Shown here: positions 18,340 to 26,995 of the stretch, piece by piece
How the letters are laid out: each line of letters begins with the position of its first letter
How positions within the stretch are numbered: position 1 is the first letter of the stretch
Assembly: GCA_016783505.1 (NCBI GenBank)
Contig: JADHWK010000013.1
Span: 1 to 55,431, forward strand
DNA length: 55,431 nucleotides
Direction of reading: 5' to 3'
Source of the DNA: Candidatus Zhuqueibacterota bacterium
Lineage (GTDB): Bacteria > BS750m-G25
Notes under the pieces: generated by a model
The model's input: only the letters and a program-made list of their open reading frames with translations
Told to the model about the DNA's origin: nothing
Databases searched by the model: none
Translations under genes and position numbers: made by a program

Positions 18340-18578
18340 CCCACGATTTTAATCGTGTGGTATCAAATACAAAAGAATACATGCAGCCGATCAGTCTGGC
18401 GCCTGACAGATTCATCGGTTTTCTAAAAACCCATATCTTTGAAGAAAACGACCATATTCTTCTTGAAAAGTCATCTTCCGATGATGCTCTTCTTGATCAC
18501 CAATATAGCCCTCAACAAACCGTTAAAACGGTTAAACATCTTAATATGATTTAAATGGCCCACGAATAAATTCGTGGG
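18340..18578. mobile_element. Decayed IS200/REP-type element: palindromes flanking a Y1-transposase tail
   Basis: Palindromes CACGATT-TT-AATCGTG (18342-18357), AACCGTT-AA-AACGGTT (18518-18533) and CCCACGAAT-AA-ATTCGTGGG (18559-18578) around a TnpA fragment. Confidence 0.65.
18412..18507 (-). pseudogene. C-terminal fragment of IS200/IS605-family Y1 transposase
   Basis: YIGDQEEHHRKMTFQEEYGRFLQRYGFLENR* matches the YI.nQ.EHH....F.EE...FL..Y tail of TnpA; HUH region absent. Confidence 0.7.
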
Positions 18579-18608
18579 TTGCTAAAAGGTGAATTTCCGA
18601 ATCTGGAT

Positions 18609-19682
18609 TTATTCGGTCTTAAAGGTTCTGGCCATAATTTCCAATTGTCGGAGAAGGGGCTCTTTGCGCCAGGCGGGGGCGAACACGGCCAGATCGATCA
18701 TGTAAACCCTACCGGAATTCTCATCGTAAAATCCGTAGGTCCGGAATGGTCCCCCACCCACCCCGTCCTTAAGATGCCAGAGGCCGCTGATCCTTATCGC
18801 TTCCCGACCCAAAAATTCGGTGGGCTCGATCTTTAGAAATTCATCATTAATGTCCACCGGATCGTTGAATTCCCCCCCCAGCCAACGGCGCTTTTCCAGA
18901 CAAAATTCCTCGGTTAGACTGGATGGGGAAGCCCCCCCTTCCCACCAGAAGGCCAACCAACGGTCAGGATAAAGCCGCCTCAACCGAACCAGGTGTTTCC
19001 CGGAATCTTCTTTGACGACAAAGTAATCATGCTGAATGCGGACTCGAAATCCGTATTTCTGGAACAATTCCCGACTGAGGTGAACCTGCTCGTGACTGCG
19101 ATAGAGGTCCCTCCGGAGGCGGGCATTGGTAAACCCATCAAACCGGCCGTAGAGAAAATCCCTGTGCTCGACGATTTTTTCCTTCAGGGCCGTCGAATCC
19201 TCAGCCGCCAGAATCATCACCAGTTGATCCCGGGCCCATTGGTTCTGCTTGATAAATACGTAGTAATCCCCGTATCTAATCCCCTTCCGGACTTCAGGGG
19301 TGAATAAAGAATTGATGAACATTCCCGCTTCTCCCGTGTTACTCAGGGTGGAAACCAGCAGGAGGTTTTTATATTGGTTATATTGGGTAAAATCCGAATA
19401 TGGGATGGGCCGCAGGGAAAAAATCTTCTCGTGTTGGGGGGTCATGATCTCCCATTCAAAGATTCCCCTCAAGGGATCCTCCACGACGGCCCACAGGGCC
19501 GAGTCCGCCAATACCACGATTTCATGGTCCTGCCCTTTTCCCGCCGGCTTTGACCCACAGGAGGAAAACAGGATTACGATGAGAGAAAGAATGAGGCCGA
19601 TTGGCAGAAATCCTTTCAATACCCGTCTTCCTTTTCGACCCCTGTAATTCCGGTCAGGCCATGAATAACATGCTGGTTCCAT
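18609..19682 (-). CDS. DUF4837-family lipoprotein
   Basis: Lipobox LFSS-C; W...Q.V and GLW......GGPF..Y, FAP...K...RQLE pattern. Start is ATG 19682 or TTG 19619. Confidence 0.7.
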   Translation of the reverse strand: MEPACYSWPDRNYRGRKGRRVLKGFLPIGLILSLIVILFSSCGSKPAGKGQDHEIVVLADSALWAVVEDPLRGIFEWEIMTPQHEKIFSLRPIPYSDFTQYNQYKNLLLVSTLSNTGEAGMFINSLFTPEVRKGIRYGDYYVFIKQNQWARDQLVMILAAEDSTALKEKIVEHRDFLYGRFDGFTNARLRRDLYRSHEQVHLSRELFQKYGFRVRIQHDYFVVKEDSGKHLVRLRRLYPDRWLAFWWEGGASPSSLTEEFCLEKRRWLGGEFNDPVDINDEFLKIEPTEFLGREAIRISGLWHLKDGVGGGPFRTYGFYDENSGRVYMIDLAVFAPAWRKEPLLRQLEIMARTFKTE

Positions 19683-19729
19683 TTTTAAACCCCCATGTCC
19701 GTAAAAGTGGAGAGTATTAAATATTAAAG

Positions 19730-22360
19730 TCAGAGCTTCTTCTGATAATCCCGTAACCTGCGGACAGCTCCGCTGTCGCCGGGATTTTGGACCAGCCACT
19801 CCTGAAGCAGTTGCACCGCCTGGGGATAGTCCTTCCGATATTCATAGACCCTCAAAAGCCCGCCCACCGTCTGGCCGTCCCGGGGATTAGCTCGATAGGA
19901 TCTGTGAAATAACTCCTCGGCCTTAAGGTCATTCTTCAAGAACTGAAGATAGAGGGCCCCTAACTGAAAGGCATCCTGGGGACTTAAGCGGGGATCGGCG
20001 ACCAACCGATCCAGCCTCTTTTTAAATTCATCCGGCCGCCCGGCATCAAAATACAGCTTTCCAATCTGGACGATGAGGTCTTTGTTCTGGATGGGAATGA
20101 TCCTTTCTGGGATCAAACGCTCCATTTCATCTAGGATTTCGGCCATCTGATCCCTCTGGTGGTGGGTGTAATGATAGTAGGCCAACTGTAAGAAAGCAGA
20201 GCGGTAGTTCTGGACCAATTTTTTAATGTTGGGGTTAAAATAGACGCCCCCATCGTTTAGACCCCGGTAGTGGTCAATGTAAGTCTCGAACAGGTTCTTT
20301 CGCAGGGTTTCTTCGTCTACTGGTGGGGCGTGGTAAGGCAAGAGCTTCCAGGCCAGCCCGTCCATCCGAAAATAGGGCTGCAGTCCGATCAGGTTGTCCC
20401 GGGGCACAGTGACGGCAAAATAGACGGGCCGCTGCCAGCTGTTGGCGAAGATAATGTTCAAAATCATCCAGTCCTGCACCCGGAGGAAATTCTTTCCCTT
20501 TACCCCATCACCGATGGGAAGCCTTAAAGTGGGCTTTACCTTTACCGCAATGGAGGAATCAGGGGTGGTAATTGTGATCGTCGAATCCTTGTTGGGCCAA
20601 TACCGCGTACGCAGCGCCTCAAGGTCGTGGCGTCCCAGATATTTCTCAATGTAATCATCAGTAAAGGTCATGGGCACTCTGGGCTCTTGGTGTTTGAGCT
20701 GCTTAATGTACCAATCGGTGTTCAATAAGGAGAGATTAATCACCCGCACATCCTTGCGGATGTGTTCGACTTCCTGCAGATACCATAGAGGGAAAGTATC
20801 ATTATCCCCGTTGGTGAAGATGACGGCGTCCGGTTCGCAGGTCTGCAGGATGTTATACGAGTAATCCCAGGCCACGAAATTGCCCGACCGGTCGTGGGCG
20901 TGGAGATTCTGGATAAACAGATTCACCGGGATCAAAAGAAATAAGAGGACCGCCGCACCCCGGGTCACCGTATGGGCCCGGCCCTTTTTGAACACCTGGC
21001 TCGCCCACTCCATAAAGGCAGCGGCTCCGATCCCGATCCAGATGGCCATAGCGAAGAAGGCACCCCCATAGAAGTAATCCCGCTCCCGGGGCTGGGGATC
21101 GGCCTGATTCTGATAGACAATGAGGGCCAAGCCGGCCATGACAAAAAAAACCAATACAACAAATGCCCGTTTCCAGTCCTTGAAAAAATGGTACCCGGCA
21201 CCGAAAAGACAAAATATTAAGGGGACGACGTAGAGCTTATCCTGATACCCCCAGAACTGCCATTTGATATAGCGCAGAAACATTTTCTTTATTTGATAAG
21301 ACCAAAACGGGGCGTTTCGGAAAGCATCGCTGAAACCGGAGAAAACCCATTTTATCGCATTCCCCATCTGGCTTTCGGCCCCGTATTGTTCCCGTCGGAG
21401 ATAACTCAGCATTCGCTGGAGATTATCAGGAGTGTTCTCGTTTATCGGAGGTTGTAACCCCGATCGAATATAGATATAAAGATACGTCGAGTAGCCTATC
21501 AACAACAAAAGGGAGATGACCAGACCGCTTTCCAGTAGAATCTTACCCCTCTTTTTCGCCCAATTAGTACCGAAAATAATCATTGCAAAAAAGAGAAAAG
21601 ATAAAAGAAACCAAAACATGGAATATGTCGACTTTTCGATCAACATCGGCAGCCCGTGCACGACCCCCGGATAGATGGCCAAGAGGATCGCCATCGAGGT
21701 GGCAACATACAGGGAAAAGGATTTCCAGCCAACCTTTTCCACCTTCTCAAAATAGACGATGGCCGCCAATGCCGGGATCACCACTACGGTTAGCAGATGG
21801 ACCCCGAGGGATAGGCCCATAAGATAAAAGACAAGGAGGATATATTTTATATGATCCTTTTCTTTGGACTTTTCTACCCACACCATCACCAGCCAGGTCG
21901 CAAAAGCGGTTAGGAATACAGAGACGGAGTAAACCTCGGCCTCTGCCGCGTTGAACCATTGGGAATGGGAAAAAGCCAGAGCAAGGCTGCCCACAACCCC
22001 GGCCGAATAGGTCAACACCATATCGGCAGGGGTCTTCTCTTCCCCCCGCATGTACCGAATGAAGCGAACGATAATCAAATAGAGGAAAAAAATGGTAAAG
22101 GCGCTGGTGAGGACTGATATGAGGTTTACCCGGAGACCAATATCTTGAATGAAGGCCAAAACTAAAATAAACACCCGCCCCAGCATCAAATAAAGGGGAG
22201 CCCCGGGTGGATGGGGAACGGACAGGGTGTAGGAACTGGCGATGAATTCCCCACAATCCCAGAAAGAGGTGGTTGGGGCTACAGTTTTCAGATATATGCC
22301 GAGGGTGATCACAAGGACTCCGACAGCGATAAACCGATTGATCCGTTTGTAATTTTGCAT
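19730..22360 (-). CDS. DUF2723 / TMEM260-like multi-TM GT-C glycosyltransferase with C-terminal TPR
   Basis: APTTSFWDCGEF, HPPGAPL, EAEVY, GVHL, REQYG, PRERDY, FTNGDNDTFPLWYLQEVE. Confidence 0.88.
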   Translation of the reverse strand: MQNYKRINRFIAVGVLVITLGIYLKTVAPTTSFWDCGEFIASSYTLSVPHPPGAPLYLMLGRVFILVLAFIQDIGLRVNLISVLTSAFTIFFLYLIIVRFIRYMRGEEKTPADMVLTYSAGVVGSLALAFSHSQWFNAAEAEVYSVSVFLTAFATWLVMVWVEKSKEKDHIKYILLVFYLMGLSLGVHLLTVVVIPALAAIVYFEKVEKVGWKSFSLYVATSMAILLAIYPGVVHGLPMLIEKSTYSMFWFLLSFLFFAMIIFGTNWAKKRGKILLESGLVISLLLLIGYSTYLYIYIRSGLQPPINENTPDNLQRMLSYLRREQYGAESQMGNAIKWVFSGFSDAFRNAPFWSYQIKKMFLRYIKWQFWGYQDKLYVVPLIFCLFGAGYHFFKDWKRAFVVLVFFVMAGLALIVYQNQADPQPRERDYFYGGAFFAMAIWIGIGAAAFMEWASQVFKKGRAHTVTRGAAVLLFLLIPVNLFIQNLHAHDRSGNFVAWDYSYNILQTCEPDAVIFTNGDNDTFPLWYLQEVEHIRKDVRVINLSLLNTDWYIKQLKHQEPRVPMTFTDDYIEKYLGRHDLEALRTRYWPNKDSTITITTPDSSIAVKVKPTLRLPIGDGVKGKNFLRVQDWMILNIIFANSWQRPVYFAVTVPRDNLIGLQPYFRMDGLAWKLLPYHAPPVDEETLRKNLFETYIDHYRGLNDGGVYFNPNIKKLVQNYRSAFLQLAYYHYTHHQRDQMAEILDEMERLIPERIIPIQNKDLIVQIGKLYFDAGRPDEFKKRLDRLVADPRLSPQDAFQLGALYLQFLKNDLKAEELFHRSYRANPRDGQTVGGLLRVYEYRKDYPQAVQLLQEWLVQNPGDSGAVRRLRDYQKKL

Positions 22361-22375
22361 TCGTCTTCCCCGAAT

Positions 22376-23497
22376 TTATCTACTCACCGTTGCATTTATG
22401 ATCTCTATTGCTCTTTGCGCCGATTCGTCCCAACTAAATTTCTCCGCCCACTGGCGGGCTTGGATGGTGAGATCGTTCCTCTTCTGGTGATTTTCCAAAA
22501 GTGCCACGGTCTCTTTCGTTAATCCGTGGATGTCGCCATATTTAAATAGAATACCTGTTTTTCCGTGAACCACCGAATCCCGCAGTCCCGGGGAATCCGC
22601 AGCGATGACCGGGACGCCGCAGGCATTGGCTTCGATCACCGTCAACCCCCAGCCTTCTTTCGGCGAGGGATTAACCCCAAGCCAAAGCTTATTTAAAAAT
22701 TTCACCTTCTCCGCCTGCGATACATGGCGGGCAAACGTTACATTCCGCTCAATTCCCAATGATGAAGCAAGGCGTTCCAGCGCCGGCCGGTAGTCGCCAT
22801 CGCCGATAATCAGAAGACGAACCCTCGGGTCATGGGACAAAATGCCCGGCATCGCTTGCAAAATATGATCAAGGCTCTTATATTTTTTCACCCGACCCAA
22901 ATAACCAATCAGTGGTTTTTCGCTTTTGCTGTTGGGCACAACAGTATAATCCGCTAAATCAACAGCATTGGGCAACAGGTCAATTCGTGAACGGATACCT
23001 ACACGACACAGTTCCTTCCGCGTACTCTCGGAAACGGCAGCGAAAGGCGTGTGCCTGTAAACAAGCGGCACCAGTCTTTCTGAGTAATACACGTAGCTCG
23101 CTGGCAGAAAGGGGACTTCTAAATAGATGGTTCTGCTGAAAAAATGATGAATGATGGCGACGATCGGTTCTTTTACAAATAAAGGGGTGAAGAACGGTAT
23201 TTTGTTAATATCATCAACAACCACATCAAAATCAGCCTGAGCTTTTAGCTCTCGATAGGCCCAGGGTACGTAGAAGTTGAAAAGATTACGCCTTCCATGG
23301 CGAACGATATGAATGCCGTCAATCGTTTCTTCCGACGAGGCTCCCCGGTAGTGACAGCACAGCAAGGTAACCGCATGACCGGCTGCGGCAACGCGCTTAA
23401 AGATCTCGTGAAAATGAACTTCAGCCCCCCCCCCCAGGGGATTAGTAATATCCTGCCAATTTATGGCAAGAATTTTAAAAGAAGGCTTGCGGGCCAT
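22376..23497 (-). CDS. GT4 glycosyltransferase
   Basis: WQD..NP.GGGAE, EGWGLTVIEANACG. Confidence 0.88.
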   Translation of the reverse strand: MARKPSFKILAINWQDITNPLGGGAEVHFHEIFKRVAAAGHAVTLLCCHYRGASSEETIDGIHIVRHGRRNLFNFYVPWAYRELKAQADFDVVVDDINKIPFFTPLFVKEPIVAIIHHFFSRTIYLEVPFLPASYVYYSERLVPLVYRHTPFAAVSESTRKELCRVGIRSRIDLLPNAVDLADYTVVPNSKSEKPLIGYLGRVKKYKSLDHILQAMPGILSHDPRVRLLIIGDGDYRPALERLASSLGIERNVTFARHVSQAEKVKFLNKLWLGVNPSPKEGWGLTVIEANACGVPVIAADSPGLRDSVVHGKTGILFKYGDIHGLTKETVALLENHQKRNDLTIQARQWAEKFSWDESAQRAIEIINATVSR

Positions 23498-23510
23498 AAT
23501 GACAACGTGC

Positions 23511-24236
23511 TTATTTTTTCATAACACAATATCGAAAACCCACCCAGTCTTTACATGCACTTTGATCTTGTTTTATGTCCACTATGACCGCTCCATTCTG
23601 TTCAAGAAATTTAACGACGTCTTCCCGCTTCATCCAATGCATTTCCGGTATTGCTCCATACTTCACTCTCCGATATACATTCAATAAGATTGTCGGAATA
23701 ATACGAATAATTAGCCCTTCCAATATTTTTGCGGGCCCGCTTGGTAGTTGGAATATTAGCAAGCCATCCGGAACAAGTATCCTCAAAAACTCTTTGATGT
23801 AGTTTTTAGAATATGTTGGTGCCATGTGTTGAAGGGTAATATTTGTATAAATAAAATTAAAACTGTTGTCAGGGAACACTTTTAAATCATCTGTCTCATT
23901 CAGATAATACTTACATTTATCACCATGCTGGTTGAATTTATTAGCTAGTTCTATCATAGATGGTGCGATATCAACGCCATAGACTTCATCGAAATAATTG
24001 GCTAGCGGCTGAGTCAACCTTCCGATACCACAGCCAAAGTCAAGTGCTTTCCTCCGTGGAACGTTGAAACCTAATGATTTAATATACTCCATAATAAGAT
24101 CAATTTCTCTTTTGCCAATTGTAAAGAACTCGTCTATATCCCACTTACCCTTCTTATTAGGCCAAGTAAGTATTGACCATAAGGGATCTATTTTACCCAA
24201 TTCATCCCAATTTCTCTGTAAATCTTTTATATCCAT
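23511..24236 (-). CDS. Class I SAM-dependent methyltransferase (AT-rich)
   Basis: LDFGCGIGRL, GVDIA motifs. Confidence 0.85.
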   Translation of the reverse strand: MDIKDLQRNWDELGKIDPLWSILTWPNKKGKWDIDEFFTIGKREIDLIMEYIKSLGFNVPRRKALDFGCGIGRLTQPLANYFDEVYGVDIAPSMIELANKFNQHGDKCKYYLNETDDLKVFPDNSFNFIYTNITLQHMAPTYSKNYIKEFLRILVPDGLLIFQLPSGPAKILEGLIIRIIPTILLNVYRRVKYGAIPEMHWMKREDVVKFLEQNGAVIVDIKQDQSACKDWVGFRYCVMKK

Positions 24237-24361
24237 ATTCCTTACATCTTTGATTTAAGCATGTCATCTAACCGGCATAATATATGGTATCAAGGTGGAA
24301 AAAAATATTTACAGAAGGAAATACTAAATTTTATAAAAAATAATTTAAGTATTTTTTCTTA

Positions 24362-25309
24362 TTATGTCAAGCCCAATTTTACGGCAGCAGCCAACAGGGG
24401 GATCATGATCTCGTGATGGCCGCTGAAATCAAACCCCTTACCGCCCCCCCTGAGGGGCCGTCCCAGCACGTTCACCTGGGGCCGGTAATGGCGATACATG
24501 TCAAAATTAGCGGCGGTGAAATTAACCACTCGATGTCCCAGATTACGGGCTAAATTAAGGGCCTTTACAAAGACTTCGGGCAGGAGAACGGCCGACCCAA
24601 CATTAAGAATCACACCCCCCTCCCCAAGCTGTGAGACCTGGGAAGTAAAAATTCGGAAATCCCGGAGGCTGAGCTCACCGATTGCTGCCCCATCAGCCGA
24701 GGGGTGTTGATGGATAATGTCCGTCCCCATCCCCACGTGAACGGTAACCGGCACCCCGAGCTCATAACCCCGGGCCAAAAGGCTTAGGGGTTTATTGGGG
24801 GCTTCCGCATCCAACAATTCCACCCCCAGGATTTCACCCAGCCCGGTTTTGGACACCATGCCTTTTTTAATAGCCCCGTTGATGAAATCCGCCGTTTCTT
24901 TAGCCATCCCGAACGACCCATCTTTTATATTTTCGGCCACATTTTCCGAAGTGATGCCCCACAGGGCCAGCTCGCAATCGTGCACGATACCGGCCCCGTT
25001 CATGGCCACCGCAGCAACAATCCCCCGTTCCATCAGGTCAATCAGGATGGGGCTTAAGCCCACCTTAATCAGATGGGCCCCCATCATGACGATGGTCGGC
25101 CTTCCGATCCGGTGGGCAGTAATGATCCGTTCCACCAGCTCCCGAAAGTCCCTCCCCGCCAAGATGGTTGGCAGGGAGGAGAAGAAATCTTCAAAAGTGC
25201 CACCGGAAGCAAAAACCTTTCCAAAATCCTGGATGTGAACCTTACTTCTCCGCTCGGTAATGGAATAGGTCTTTACCCGACTCAGGTCTATTTCCACATA
25301 TTTGGACAT
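24362..25309 (-). CDS. Conserved hypothetical protein with deoxyhypusine-synthase-like fold
   Basis: MGAH.IK.GL, AMNGAG..HD.E, PVTVH...GTDI.H.H, GSAV.LPEVF.KA, GHHE.M.P recognised from memory; function unknown. Confidence 0.6.
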   Translation of the reverse strand: MSKYVEIDLSRVKTYSITERRSKVHIQDFGKVFASGGTFEDFFSSLPTILAGRDFRELVERIITAHRIGRPTIVMMGAHLIKVGLSPILIDLMERGIVAAVAMNGAGIVHDCELALWGITSENVAENIKDGSFGMAKETADFINGAIKKGMVSKTGLGEILGVELLDAEAPNKPLSLLARGYELGVPVTVHVGMGTDIIHQHPSADGAAIGELSLRDFRIFTSQVSQLGEGGVILNVGSAVLLPEVFVKALNLARNLGHRVVNFTAANFDMYRHYRPQVNVLGRPLRGGGKGFDFSGHHEIMIPLLAAAVKLGLT

Positions 25310-25353
25310 TGAAGTTCTCCTTATTTGTTCAAGGGGTGGTTATAAATTTAGAA

Positions 25354-25381
25354 AACCACGGAGGCACAGAGACACGGAGAA
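25354..25381 (+). repeat. 8-nt unit array AACCACGGAG-GCACAGAG-ACACGGAG-AA (left inverted end of GxxExxY cassette)
   Basis: Reverse complement of 25876-25903 with 4 mismatches in 28 nt. Confidence 0.8.
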
Positions 25382-25397
25382 AAATACTTTGTGCCCT

Positions 25398-25780
25398 TTA
25401 TAATACTAATCTTTTGATGCCGTCTTTCATCACTGCAACGTAAAAATTGAGAATCAAGCCTACTTTGAGACCAGAGAGCCGCAAGTATATCAGCAATTGA
25501 GCCTCATGAACCGGAGCAATGGCGTCTACACACTTTAATTCCAAAATTACCTTATTCTCAACCACTATATCAATCCGATAACCACAATCTAACTTGATGC
25601 CCTTGTATTCAAGTGGAAGCGGCCTTTGTCGCTCAAAGGGCAATCCACGTAATTCCAATTCACGGTATAAACACTCTTCGTAAGCAGACTCCAATAGCCC
25701 CGGCCCCAAGTGACGATGCACTTTCCGCCTAGGCGGACTGCTCCAATTATTTCTTCTGTTAGATTCTTCTCATATAGCAT
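25398..25780 (-). pseudogene. GxxExxY protein frameshifted by a palindromic insertion
   Basis: MLYEKNLTEEIIGA in one frame and VHRHLGPGLLESAYEECL...YRIDIVVENKVILELK in another; the junction is TCCGCCTAGGCGGA (25724-25737). Confidence 0.85.
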
Positions 25781-25875
25781 CGTACAAACCCCTATATTAT
25801 TATATATGGATATTTTGTAATAGATTAGCCATAGAGATTAAAAAGTTGTAATCCAACTGTTCCGATTTTTATGCC

Positions 25876-25903
25876 TTCTCTGTGCCTCCGTGTCTCCGTG
25901 GTT
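25876..25903 (-). repeat. 8-nt unit array (right inverted end of GxxExxY cassette), overlapping the DUF3108 stop
   Basis: Minus strand reads TAA-CCACGGAGACACGGAGGCACAGAGAA. Confidence 0.8.
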
Positions 25904-26813
25904 AGGGGTTTGAATTTAAAATCCCTGACCCAGGGACAAACTCCTCCAGTTCAGCGGTGATTGACCCGATGATCACCTTACTCTTCATCAGGACGGGTAA
26001 TCCCCGGCCGTCGTCCGAAATCCAGATGGTCAGCCGGCCCTTCTTTTTAAAAATACCGATGGACTTAAGTAGGGGTTCGATCACAAAGCAGGAAAACCTC
26101 CCTGCCCCCACCTTCACCTTCTCCTTGCGATAGACCTTAACCTCAAGGTCATAAATTTTCCCGTTGTCGTGGACGGGGATAAGCAAGGATATTCCCACCT
26201 CAAGGGGCTGGGTGCGAACATAATACAGGGCCGACAGGGCATCCTGGATAAACTCGGGCACCTGGGCCGTATCCCGGTCTGAAGAATTAGGGAAGTTAGA
26301 ATAAGCTAATCGGATCTTTTGATCGAAGTCCACTTCATAGTCGAAGACGTATTTCCCCTCTCGCAGATGTTTCTCGTAACGCCAAGGGAAAAGACCCTCC
26401 ACATCAATATAAGTCCGCACCACATCCCGAACTTTATAAAAGCGGGAGAAAAATTTGTTGGACTCAACCACCGATGATATGGAATAACATCGGGCCCCGT
26501 TGATTTCTTTAATCTCGTGAATGGACATCACCGTATGGCCGGCGTTGATGGGGCCGTAATTTACCGAAAAATAGAGCTTTTCCCCTATCCCGAAAGCCCG
26601 ATTCTCGATGTGGCGTCCTGTAAAGGAGGCTTTACTATCAGCGATTCCGCCTTTTCCGATGGTACCGTTAATCCCTTCCTTTTCTGTTTGTGAATAGACC
26701 CTATTTAGGAAGAAACCAGCGGCAATGAAAAGTAAAAAAGAAAAGGTAATAAGGTCTTTTAAACAAAATCCTTTCCTCTGAAAATACATATTTCCTTTGA
26801 AAATACCTAACAT
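25902..26813 (-). CDS. DUF3108 domain protein
   Basis: AF..GEKL.F.V.YG.I.AG, FYKVRD, D.LSA.Y..R, V.AG.F.C, IW.SDD...PV; start uncertain. Confidence 0.8.
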   Translation of the reverse strand: MLGIFKGNMYFQRKGFCLKDLITFSFLLFIAAGFFLNRVYSQTEKEGINGTIGKGGIADSKASFTGRHIENRAFGIGEKLYFSVNYGPINAGHTVMSIHEIKEINGARCYSISSVVESNKFFSRFYKVRDVVRTYIDVEGLFPWRYEKHLREGKYVFDYEVDFDQKIRLAYSNFPNSSDRDTAQVPEFIQDALSALYYVRTQPLEVGISLLIPVHDNGKIYDLEVKVYRKEKVKVGAGRFSCFVIEPLLKSIGIFKKKGRLTIWISDDGRGLPVLMKSKVIIGSITAELEEFVPGSGILNSNP

Positions 26814-26908
26814 TTTGATTCCCCTGTGTCCTATGTGTTTCGGCCCGAAGGGTCTTTACTGCCCGGCCAGGAAGAAACGATCTTGGAATGAAATGAGATT
26901 TTCATTTT

Positions 26909-26995
26909 TACAAGCTACAGGCCGCAAGTTACAGGTTGCGGACACGGAGCTTAAGGTCTGAATCCTGGGGTTTGAATATTGGAGCTTGTAGCTTA
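26909..26995. repeat. Inverted 7-nt repeat arrays (TACAAGC/TACAGGC type)
   Basis: TACAAGC-TACAGGC-CGCAAGT-TACAGGT (26909-26936) and GGAGCTTGTAGCTTA (26981-26995) abutting the wcaJ stop. Confidence 0.65.

Noticed and set aside
18357-18554. Plus-strand 65-aa ORF
   Set aside because: Antisense to the TnpA remnant and palindromes.
24268-24295. dif/Xer-like site (CATAATATATGG)
   Set aside because: Only partial similarity; the XerD arm TTATGTTAAAT is not matched.
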